DNA from: Nitrospirales bacterium
GTDB taxonomy: Bacteria; Nitrospirota; Nitrospiria; Nitrospirales; UBA8639
Reading direction: 5' to 3'
Assembly: GCA_965223295.1 (NCBI GenBank)
Contig: CBDCWC010000002.1
Span: 832,001-896,000 of the forward strand
DNA length: 64,000 nt
The notes below the pieces were generated by a model, which worked only from the letters and a program-made list of their open reading frames with translations, made no database searches and was not told where the DNA came from. A program made the translations under genes and the position numbers. The stretch's first letter is position 1. Each line of letters begins with the position of its first letter. This document shows positions 40,616-49,663 of the stretch, piece after piece.

Positions 40616-41293
40616 ACAACCTAGGGGACCTCAAGGGGGGCTAGCTTAACTAGCTAAGAAGACTCTAGAGTAATATTAAATATTTTGAATAAAAGCAAGA
40701 CAAGAGCCTTCTTTTTAATGGATGTATTTCAATCGTCTTTTTCTTAATTTACTTGAGGGTATATTCACCGCTGCTTGCAGCATAAATCATTACTCGCGTA
40801 ATCGATTACATTCATAATACCCCGTTCGGTCGCGGCCGGATCATCTATTAAAAAAGCTAACAATTGTTGTTTTCCTGAGAAGCGTTAATCCAGAGGCACG
40901 GTAAATCAGTGGTATGCATAACCGTCTCCAGTACTATTTTCACTTTTCATAAAAAACATCAACAAACCACAAATTAGAATAGAGGCTTAGAGTCAGAGTA
41001 AATCGGCAAGGAAAGGAAAAGTATGCTTCCTAAGTTAGCAGGCGAGGTAAAAAATTCGTGCGTAGTAATGAGGCCTTTCTATTCGAGTAATTGTGCGAGA
41101 AACTCCAGTGCATACATGGTATCAATGGACATATTGCAGAGATTCAGAAACGCTTGGCGGTCGAGGGCGTCATCAGACATACACGAAGTCTATAGAAATG
41201 CCGATGAAAATTACAACGGACTCACCTTCAGTTGACGAGTCGAAGCTTTTCCACTCCCCACCTCTATTCCTCGGGATGGTAAGGGTTTCGTTT

Positions 41294-41599
41294 CTATGGT
41301 CGTGCAAATCCTAGTCGTACAAACCGATCGGGTGAGCCCCCTAGCTTAATAGCATAGGCTAAAGCATCCGCTTTGGAGATCGGCTCGATACCCTCTCCAG
41401 GAATCGCCCCCTGTGAGGTTTGTTTCGCCCATCGTGAGAGGGCGCCTCCCTTTCCAGCCAGGAAAAACACACCTTGGTAACTTCGATACATATCCGTCTG
41501 ATGCCACCGTGGACTGCTCGGAGGAAACGGACAGGGAATCTTCACTACCCAATTTGTTGTTCGGTAACGATAGGTTTTACTCTTGATGGGTGGTTTCAT
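41294..41599 (-). CDS. Hypothetical protein of a mobile-element-associated type
   Basis: MYRSYQGVFFLAGKGGALSRWA...GEGIEPIS..DA pattern; 4-nt overlap with the upstream gene. Confidence 0.65.
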   Translation of the reverse strand: MKPPIKSKTYRYRTTNWVVKIPCPFPPSSPRWHQTDMYRSYQGVFFLAGKGGALSRWAKQTSQGAIPGEGIEPISKADALAYAIKLGGSPDRFVRLGFARP

Positions 41600-41973
41600 G
41601 GAGAGGTCGCGTTACACACCTTCGTCTGCCAGGCTTGACGATCACGCACTTCTTGTTGGTAATCCTGGACCCGATGAGTCGCCTCAACGGTGTGCGTCAT
41701 GATAGTGGGTAGGTTCTTGCGAGCCTGGGCACAGCGTCGCGCACGGTGGAGCGACACCAACCCTCCTGGACGACACACTTCTAGTTCGGCCCGAACCATC
41801 TGTTCTTGACGTTGTATGACCCGCTGCTCTTGTTGTGCGGCTTTCAACGCTATCTGAGCTTTGATCAATTTTTCTTCCGCCATCTCACAAGAATGATACG
41901 CGACGGGCATCGCAGCTACAGGCGAGGTACACACGAGGAGACCGAGCATAGTAAGGAGCACGGAGCGTGACAT
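41596..41973 (-). CDS. Hypothetical secreted coiled-coil protein with 4 Cys in the mature part
   Basis: Signal peptide MSRSVLLTMLGLLVCTSPVAA followed by a helical body. Confidence 0.65.
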   Translation of the reverse strand: MSRSVLLTMLGLLVCTSPVAAMPVAYHSCEMAEEKLIKAQIALKAAQQEQRVIQRQEQMVRAELEVCRPGGLVSLHRARRCAQARKNLPTIMTHTVEATHRVQDYQQEVRDRQAWQTKVCNATSP

Positions 41974-42505
41974 GAGGCTTTCCAGTACACTGAGCTGATC
42001 AATTGGTTCTCCTCTCTAGCTTACGAGATCAGTTGAAACAGCGACTATGCCTCAGAAGATGGGCAGGACATGGGTTCCCCTGTTACCTGAGGCTGGAAAC
42101 TCTCCATTTGGGGGATAGGCGTGAGTCTAAAAGTTTGCGAGAATGTGCTGGTATAGTTGCTTTCTTAATAATCCCGGCCTCTGAGGGAATGGTCCTTCAG
42201 GGGCCGTGGTGTTTCTAAAGCAGATTCCATGAGTCCCGCGTTTCATGTGTGCTGTCTCTACATCTGTTGATTCATCATCTTCTTGAGATAATTCTTTATC
42301 GAGTTGAGAGGAAAGTCGATGTGCTACCTGGCACAAAGAAACTATGGGATTGAAGTGTCTGAGAGAATTTGCTCTTATTATGTTCGCAAGGAAACTGCTG
42401 GAACAGTGAGCGTAGCATCTAAAGAGTTTCGGACGAACAACCGCCCTTGACCCAAAGCAGACATCACTTAACGTTGTTGCTTCACAACGTTGCAAGTGGA
42501 TTACT

Positions 42506-42946
42506 TCATTGTATTGGGAGGGAGGTTAATTCAGCAGCTTGTCGACGATCTGTTTTCGTCGTGCCTTGAGCCTTCAACATGCGCTTGCCGTCACTTTCAT
42601 AGAGCGTGAACGTGGCACTGCCCATGTCTGGCTGGGATTTAGTCACCAATTTTCCATTCTCTAGTATGAGCGTACCGCTTCCTAGCCAAGCACCAATCGT
42701 GCGATAGCTGGCAAATTTAAATTGACCTTCTTCTGTAATTTTCATCTTCACCCAATCATCTTGGCGTCGTATCCTTGGCTCAGACCAGGTTGAGCCTTCC
42801 CATTTTCCCGCAACGTGTTTGATATCGGTAATAGGGACCTCTTTCCAGTCTGGGCTTTCAGGAACGTGGGCGCCTGTGCAGGCCATCAATGTGACGAAGA
42901 TAAAAATCAGAGGCAACAAGAAGACGGATCGAAAAAATTTACCCAT
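42506..42946 (-). CDS. Hypothetical lipoprotein
   Basis: Lipobox LMAC, VAGKWEG, beta-rich body; AAGGAG RBS. Confidence 0.75.
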   Translation of the reverse strand: MGKFFRSVFLLPLIFIFVTLMACTGAHVPESPDWKEVPITDIKHVAGKWEGSTWSEPRIRRQDDWVKMKITEEGQFKFASYRTIGAWLGSGTLILENGKLVTKSQPDMGSATFTLYESDGKRMLKAQGTTKTDRRQAAELTSLPIQ

Positions 42947-43223
42947 CAGGATCTCCTTTTTCTCAAACTTTCATGGCTACTTTTACAACCATACTGGGTG
43001 AGTCATTTTGATGAACCTAATGCACATGGCTTGCCCCTGTCATCATGGGGCATACACCTGCGACATATCCTTATTAATCGTCCCATGTCAGCGCATTGTA
43101 CCCTAAAGAGTAACAATGTTAGAAACTGATGAGACTCACTCATACACAAAATTCTTACAGTTTAACCTTAAACCTACCAATGTCCGCTTTTGGCCGAACT
43201 CGGACACTGGAGAAGAGTCACGT

Positions 43224-43490
43224 TCAGACTACGGCCCGTATACAGTCCTCACGATCATTCTTCGGATTATTCACTATCGTACTCACTGGATAAGCTTCCA
43301 TGTCCTCCGCCTCATAGGGTTGAAGAAGTGAACGTCTTGTCGTTGCATCAGTCGTATTCGGATCGAGCCACAAGAGATAGGTTGACTCTGAAAGAATCAC
43401 CGGCATGCGATGGTGGATGGGTTCCATCAGACTATTGGCATGGATGGTAATCAAGCTACATGATTCAATCGGTAGCTCTTGCTCTGAAGC
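43224..43490 (-). pseudogene. SRAP (SOS response-associated peptidase, YedK-like) C-terminal fragment
   Basis: IESCSLITIHANSLMEPIHHRMPVIL....WLDP...AYPVSTIVNNPKND. The N-terminal MCGR catalytic part was not found. Confidence 0.82.
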
Positions 43491-43511
43491 ACATCTCTTT
43501 AAAACTGATCA

Positions 43512-44096
43512 TTACAGAGATAAATGGGAGAGCAGTTGCACTCCCTTTTGTACATTCTCTTTTGCAGCTCGCACGGTGGCTATTGTGGCTCGAGTGTGCC
43601 CTGATATTGCATCATCCCCACTTGCTGAAGAGCTTGTACGTACTACTTCTTGCCACACCGTTTTCCCGGATTCAATCTTTGAAAGATTCCAGACAACCTC
43701 GAGCTGAGCCACCATGGTCGCCCCAAATGTCGGGAATTTCACATCGCCCAGAAACGCATCGAGCTGATAGTTGGCTTTTGTCCCTTGACTAATTGATGAA
43801 AAAACTTTTGCATCAAGAATCGACTGTTCAATGGCTTTTTTAAACTCCAAGTTGGAGATATAGGAAGACCCTTCAACTCCACCACCTTCAACCCTTACCA
43901 CTAGTGAATGAGGATGATGTTGACTAACATTGATTTCCGAAGAAACCATTTCAGCAGCGGTAGGAACATATGAAGAACAGCCTACAAACACACCTAGTGC
44001 CCACAAAATAAGAAGAGGAAAGAATTTATTGTTTAAGGGTGTTTCATGCATGATCAGAAATCCTTCGCAGTTAAGTTTAGGAAATGGCTCCATCAA
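43512..44096 (-). CDS. Hypothetical lipoprotein
   Basis: Lipobox FVGC and an alpha/beta body. True start probably near MHETPL. Confidence 0.72.
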   Translation of the reverse strand: MMEPFPKLNCEGFLIMHETPLNNKFFPLLILWALGVFVGCSSYVPTAAEMVSSEINVSQHHPHSLVVRVEGGGVEGSSYISNLEFKKAIEQSILDAKVFSSISQGTKANYQLDAFLGDVKFPTFGATMVAQLEVVWNLSKIESGKTVWQEVVRTSSSASGDDAISGHTRATIATVRAAKENVQKGVQLLSHLSL

Positions 44097-44530
44097 AGCT
44101 TATCATCTAACAGTGAATCTAACACTTCCTTGATCATTTCATTTGGTTCTTTTCTGGCCATCGTCGCTCGAATCGACTTTCCAGCGCCAAGCACTAAATC
44201 TTCTTCAGGATTCTTAATTAATATGGTTAGCTGATACATAAACATGGTGATATCCCATGCCCATCGATCAGCATAAACAATAACTCCATCAACATTTTCA
44301 GGCTTTGGTCCATCTTGTTCGGTTGTAGCCTCATACCCTTTTTTTACCAGTTCATCCTTGATCATGAGGTGGATATCTCTTGTATCCTCCTCTAGTTTAT
44401 TGACATAGATTTTTTTAATAATGTTTAACTTTCCTCCTGGCATTTCAAGGGAGCTAAGCTTTTCCATACTTGCTCCACATCCAGAAGTCACAAGCCCGAA
44501 AAAAATCATTAGAATCCAAGTTCTACGCAT
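44093..44530 (-). CDS. Hypothetical lipoprotein
   Basis: Lipobox TSGC, YADRWAWDITMFM motif; GGAGG RBS. Confidence 0.75.
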   Translation of the reverse strand: MRRTWILMIFFGLVTSGCGASMEKLSSLEMPGGKLNIIKKIYVNKLEEDTRDIHLMIKDELVKKGYEATTEQDGPKPENVDGVIVYADRWAWDITMFMYQLTILIKNPEEDLVLGAGKSIRATMARKEPNEMIKEVLDSLLDDKL

Positions 44531-45237
44531 ATTGCCATCCTCCCTCTAATGGAAAGTCTCAACTAGCAGCGGTAAAGGATAAGAGTATTACGGCAATAAA
44601 TGCAATTCATTACCCCCCATTCCTCCTTTATCACGTTTCGCCTTTTTTGTTCAGATGGCCACCATCACGATAGAGACGTCGCAAATAAACTCATTCCAAC
44701 GAAGGCGATATAAAATAAAGGAAAATTGGTCAACGGCCAGCGCCTATTTTTCCCACCGTTCCCAGAATCTAGCTTCCTGCCAACTGTGGGCGAGTGAGGC
44801 CAGGAGGGCCGAACGAGCCCTATCCCCCCCTTTTCCAAGAACAGATTCAGGCCATGTGCGTCAGGCACCTCCAACATTGGAGAATGAATTTTTCGATGCC
44901 CCCAGAGAAGCCGTTCTTATGTAGGAGCGAGCGACCGATTTTTTAACCCACCCCCCCTAGAAACAATTCTGACCCCTACCCCCTTTCAATTTTTTTGCAC
45001 GGTAGAGATATGGGCCGATCTTCGATAGGTACTAGAATGTAACTTAAGACCGAGGCGCACGATGAAGGCTGAACACAGACAAGGTCACTGTAACCAAAAG
45101 TGTAACCTAATTCAGGCAACTCCCCCACACTCTATGCAACTAGATGCAATCTTCGGTAGAATCTGATTCTGTTGATTTATCAGGAGAATCCTTTGGTTTA
45201 TTGGAAGATTCTTCATTACCTAAATCTTGCATTTTTA

Positions 45238-45296
45238 GGTCTTGAAAACCGGCGTGGTGCAAGCCACCGTGGGTTCGAATCCCACCCCCTCCGCCA
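45238..45296 (+). repeat. attR: duplicated 3' 59 bp of tRNA-Ser
   Basis: Identical to 28409..28467; the match begins in the anticodon stem. Confidence 0.95.
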
Positions 45297-45677
45297 ATTT
45301 CCACCAATACAGCAAATTTCAACCAACAGCAGTAGCAGAAAATCCATTGTGGTACTGAGTGGGATTCAGACGGGGCTCTTGAAGGGGATATTTCCATTTC
45401 TTAGGGTGACCGGAAATTTGCGAAGGCACGAGCGAACCAGTCTCCTAGTGGGGGAGAGACGATGGGAGTTTGGGGACTAGTAAGACCCGCACAAGACTTC
45501 CAACGCCCCCCTCCGCCAACCACACCTACATTCTATTGGTAAACAAGCGAGACCAACAGCTACCGATAAAAAGTGAAATCAGGATTCAATAAATTTTTGA
45601 AAAAGAAAGATGAGAGGATCATTCACAGAAAGTACTGAGTGTAGCTATGGATTAAGAAAAAGCCTTTTGTTCTTTTA

Positions 45678-47048
45678 TTATTGCAGCATAAAGGTTTCGA
45701 AGGTGAGCTTTCGAAACGTTTTATCCAGTTGATACATGCCAACAATAATTGCAAGCAACACAGCCCCAGCGAAGCCATAACCATAGAACGGCATGCCACC
45801 TATTAAGGTCATCCATGTAAGCCCGGCATTGTTCAAAAAGAAGATAATTGTCAATCGTAAAGCCAAAGCCCGTTTATCCAAATAAAATAAGGTATTCAAA
45901 ATTCCCAAGAATATTACCTGCAAGCTTGCGGCAACCACATCGATATAAAAAAGTGACTCATATAACAAAGAAATTCCTAACCAGGATAAGATCGTGGGGC
46001 CACTCCACCAACAGATCAGACACACCACAAACTGTATCTTCATAATCTCAAATAATCCATGCCTAGCTGTTCTCACCATCCCCGCCTTTGCATCTTCAAT
46101 AAAATCCAACGAGGCTCCGTTACGGACGCCATCATAAAACTCAGCATGCCGATCCACAAAATCTGTCTCCATTCGCACAAGAAAACTGGCCATTCCCGGG
46201 AGAATAGCTAAATATGCCAAAAATATTGGCAAGTCATAGATTGGCGAATTTTTTAATGGGCCAATGATTACTTCTCCGGTGTGGGGAAAATACCAAAAGA
46301 GAATTTTATCAACCCAGAGAGCGGCGTTGTAAAAAAAGCCTAACCATATTAGTTCTCGAAAAAGTTTCCCTTTTTGCAAAAATTCATGAGACCAAAATTC
46401 CAGAGATGAATAATGCTGAAACGTCAGCACCATGATACCCAACAATAAGACAAACTGGCCTAAAAAAAACCCAAACAGCAATCCTTCAAGCCCATAGACA
46501 CTGCACCATCGAGCGACACCAACCGTGATTCCATAACCCAGAGCAAATAGCAACAGAATACCCTGATACTGTTTAATTCCCGAGAGGAAGATAGTGCCAA
46601 CCCAGACATTTCCTAAGACCACAAAACTACCCACCATCAACACGCGATAAATTAAGGATTGCTCTGGGAAGAGGAAGTACACACCAAGAGTCCCGACAAG
46701 TGCGGTCACGACCGTGACCAGGCTGACCACACCGTGAAAATTTGGCAGAACCTGGTCATCCCGTTTTTCAAATAAGCGATCTGCGACAAATCGAGTAAAG
46801 GATGATTGAATAAATCCCGTAAGAATGAGACTGCTGGCTATGAGATAGGTCACGGAAATTTGAAATTGCGCAATTTCCTGCCCTAATGCTTCAGAAGAAA
46901 TACTGGATAACCCGATGATTAACAGGCCAAGAATGGAAAGAATCCAAGGGCCTGAACTAATGATCCCGGCATAGCCATAAGCCTGAAACATCGACCAATA
47001 ACTATTTTTTCGGAGAATTTTACGAAGCTCGAACCCGATCCCAGCCAT
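45678..47048 (-). CDS. pelG: Pel exopolysaccharide transporter
   Basis: MAGIGFELRK, ISSGPW, YDLPIFLAYL.ILPGMA.FLVRMETDF, YGYGF. Confidence 0.95.
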   Translation of the reverse strand: MAGIGFELRKILRKNSYWSMFQAYGYAGIISSGPWILSILGLLIIGLSSISSEALGQEIAQFQISVTYLIASSLILTGFIQSSFTRFVADRLFEKRDDQVLPNFHGVVSLVTVVTALVGTLGVYFLFPEQSLIYRVLMVGSFVVLGNVWVGTIFLSGIKQYQGILLLFALGYGITVGVARWCSVYGLEGLLFGFFLGQFVLLLGIMVLTFQHYSSLEFWSHEFLQKGKLFRELIWLGFFYNAALWVDKILFWYFPHTGEVIIGPLKNSPIYDLPIFLAYLAILPGMASFLVRMETDFVDRHAEFYDGVRNGASLDFIEDAKAGMVRTARHGLFEIMKIQFVVCLICWWSGPTILSWLGISLLYESLFYIDVVAASLQVIFLGILNTLFYLDKRALALRLTIIFFLNNAGLTWMTLIGGMPFYGYGFAGAVLLAIIVGMYQLDKTFRKLTFETFMLQ

Positions 47049-48615
47049 GATTTAACGCCTGTGTGTAGATAAAGCGGTATCGCTCTAACATTTCTGTATC
47101 AGTATAAAACATTTCGACTCGTTTCATTCCTGCTGCCTGCGCAGAAAACCAGTTTTTCTTATTCAACAACATGTCTAGTGCCGCATGCGCCAATCCATTC
47201 GCATCGGCCATCGCCACGACGGCACCGGCTGCTCCACAGGAATCGCCATTGAGTCCTTCCCCCAACACCAATTGCCGACAAGCTCCCACATCCGTCGTGA
47301 TCACAGGAATTCCTGCCGCAAACCCCTCCAATACCACCAATGGAAGCGCTTCACTAATAGAACTCAGAACGAGAATTCCAATTTGAGGAAGCATGTCTTC
47401 CATTTTCTGAAATCCCAAAAATTTTATTGTTGTTCCTAACCCAAGACTTTGGACAAGATTCTGACATTCTTCTACGTACTCTGTGTCTTCGTTTTGCGGC
47501 CCCACAATCCATCCCTCGGCTTCGGGGATTCGATTGGCCACGGTTCGCATGGCCCGAATAAAGGTTTTAATATCTTTGATCGGAACTACTCGTCCAATGA
47601 GCCCTAACACTGGCGGGGGATCGAGGGGCCGCTTATCGCGAAGTGGATGAAACTGTTGAACAGGGATGCCATTGGGAATAACCTGGGTACGTTTTGGATC
47701 GGCTCCATCAACAATTTGACGTTGCCGATTCACTTCATATAACGACACAATGGGGTCAGCCGCCTGATAACACATCCGTCCTAGTGTCTCGAAAAATCGT
47801 ATCCAGAGATTTTGAAAATACCCAACTTGTTGATTGCCCTTCTCAAACTCTAAACGATTATCCGGCAACCAATTCATTTGAAATAAATCAATTTTACGCT
47901 CTTTGGTATAGATTCCATGCTCGGAAAGAATGAGCGGCTTTCCGGTTTTATGATGCAATAACGCTCCCAAGAATCCCGCATAGCCCGTGGACACGGTGTG
48001 ATACACCCGAGAAGGAATTGCTTTGGCCGCGACCTGGCCCAACAACCAAATCGGTGCATGAACTTCTCGGACAGTCCAAAAATAGTCGATAAACGATGGA
48101 TCGGTACAATGTGTTCGAAAAATCTCACCGAGATATTCCCATGCCTCTTCACTAAATAAAAATTGCTCCTGAAGACCTTGCGGATCTTTTAACAATAGAT
48201 TCATTAACGAGCCCAACAAGGCCTCTGGCCCCTCAAGAACCGAGCGAGAACGAATAGCCTCGTGGAACTCTTTAATGAGCGCAAAAAATGCAGGGTCCCC
48301 CTTCATCCCTCTGACGGGAGGACGAAGAGTTTGAAGATGCACGAAATGTGTTTCAAGATGCACCACATGCTTGGGCAACTCATACCGAATCTCTCCATAA
48401 TGGTCCGGGTGGCCACCAATGAATATGAGCGCAAAGGTATATTCAGGAAACGCTTGAATGAGTTGATGAACCCATGCAGACACTCCGCCACGGATATAGG
48501 GATATGTTCCCTCTAAGAGCAAGGTAATATCAGCTTGCGAGGCCCGTAGGTGAGGCGGCTTAAACGAGGGCACGATTGGGTTCCATTGACGAAGCCGTTC
48601 CTTCCCAATATTCAA
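47020..48615 (-). CDS. pelF: GT4 glycosyltransferase
   Basis: LLLEGTYPYIRGGVSAWV, STGYAG, SEHGIYTKER, GRVVPIKDIKTF, SISEALPL. True start probably slightly downstream. Confidence 0.95.
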   Translation of the reverse strand: MNIGKERLRQWNPIVPSFKPPHLRASQADITLLLEGTYPYIRGGVSAWVHQLIQAFPEYTFALIFIGGHPDHYGEIRYELPKHVVHLETHFVHLQTLRPPVRGMKGDPAFFALIKEFHEAIRSRSVLEGPEALLGSLMNLLLKDPQGLQEQFLFSEEAWEYLGEIFRTHCTDPSFIDYFWTVREVHAPIWLLGQVAAKAIPSRVYHTVSTGYAGFLGALLHHKTGKPLILSEHGIYTKERKIDLFQMNWLPDNRLEFEKGNQQVGYFQNLWIRFFETLGRMCYQAADPIVSLYEVNRQRQIVDGADPKRTQVIPNGIPVQQFHPLRDKRPLDPPPVLGLIGRVVPIKDIKTFIRAMRTVANRIPEAEGWIVGPQNEDTEYVEECQNLVQSLGLGTTIKFLGFQKMEDMLPQIGILVLSSISEALPLVVLEGFAAGIPVITTDVGACRQLVLGEGLNGDSCGAAGAVVAMADANGLAHAALDMLLNKKNWFSAQAAGMKRVEMFYTDTEMLERYRFIYTQALNHGWDRVRAS

Positions 48616-49663
48616 GAACCGGTTGGAGCGACGTCATATCATCTAGACTGGTTTGAATAGACAAGAGAGTTTTAAGACCAGAAAAATCTCGCTGACTGAA
48701 CAGCACTTCTGCCATATAGGGTAGGATACGGGATTCCGGCAAGCCACAGGTCAGGGCTCGGCTAAAACAATACCGAGCAACCTCATAATCCTGCCCCTGG
48801 ATGTTCACTTGTCCTAGTAGGCTCCACATGCCACCATCTTGCTCTTCATGAAACAACACGTCGGTGGTATACCCTCGCACTTGATCCAGAGCGAAATTCA
48901 ACACATCGCCAACTGCCGCCTGCTGATACACCAACTCCCAATAGGTATAGGCTAACTGTCGCCAATGTTCGATTTTTTGATCGTCGTCGCCGCAGCTTTC
49001 TAAGAGCGTTAATTCTTTGTGGACACGAGAAAAAATCGACTTTTCTGTTTTATCTAGAAGACCAAATGCCACCAATCGTAAATCTTCACTTTTATCAGTC
49101 AGTAATGCTCGAAACGTTTCCGTTGTTTGCCGACTTTGTAAAGATTGCATTTTGAAAAGTGCTTGCATGCGCTGCATATCGTTAATGGAAGACGTTGATA
49201 AAATTGCATGTAAGTCACCGCTATAATATTTCAAGTCCTGTGATCGCCCTCCTCGCCTAAAGACGGCCTCACTGACCGTACCAATATCTACAGAGGTTTC
49301 GGCCTTGCCCCAATATCGAAATATTCCAACCAGGCAAACGACCCCTAAAGATCCCAGGACCGGGATACACAGCGCAAAAACAGAAAAAAACCTAAAAACC
49401 GCCTTGCCATGAGTCGGATACGCAACATGAAGAACCATGGCACTACCCAGTCCCAATAATAGACTGAGGAAGACATGCCCCGCACAAGCATGCCACCACC
49501 ACAATTGAAGCACGCCCTCTCTGAGCAAGACCGCAGTCCCTGCGACTTCACTCGATGCGGCCAACGCCAGCAGCAGAAAGCCTGGGAGCGGCTCCTTCGA
49601 GAATTCGTTCCACCAATATTGTAGGGTTTGATTCTTCCAATTCATGACATCGAACATGAACAC
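48560..49663 (-). CDS. pelE: Pel biosynthesis TPR membrane protein
   Basis: N-terminal TMs, EDLRLVAFGLLDK, YWELVYQ, ILPYMAE..F; operon position. True start uncertain. Confidence 0.88.
   Translation of the reverse strand: MFMFDVMNWKNQTLQYWWNEFSKEPLPGFLLLALAASSEVAGTAVLLREGVLQLWWWHACAGHVFLSLLLGLGSAMVLHVAYPTHGKAVFRFFSVFALCIPVLGSLGVVCLVGIFRYWGKAETSVDIGTVSEAVFRRGGRSQDLKYYSGDLHAILSTSSINDMQRMQALFKMQSLQSRQTTETFRALLTDKSEDLRLVAFGLLDKTEKSIFSRVHKELTLLESCGDDDQKIEHWRQLAYTYWELVYQQAAVGDVLNFALDQVRGYTTDVLFHEEQDGGMWSLLGQVNIQGQDYEVARYCFSRALTCGLPESRILPYMAEVLFSQRDFSGLKTLLSIQTSLDDMTSLQPVLEYWEGTASSMEPNRALV

Larger units (their letters stand above)
28409..45296. mobile_element. Integrative element (PICI/satellite-like), about 16.8 kb, in tRNA-Ser
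   Basis: 59-bp direct repeat at 28409..28467 and 45238..45296; integrase, Xis, HTH and SF3 helicase at the left end; no recognisable virion or conjugation genes. Confidence 0.92.

Noticed and set aside
40798-40809. Perfect palindrome GTAATCGATTAC upstream of the patatin gene
   Set aside because: Single occurrence with no cognate regulator nearby; cannot be distinguished from chance.
45140-45480. ORFs 45140..45397 (-) and 45172..45480 (+) as genes
   Set aside because: They span the attR tRNA fragment; the first is meaningful only as the alternative integrase tail.
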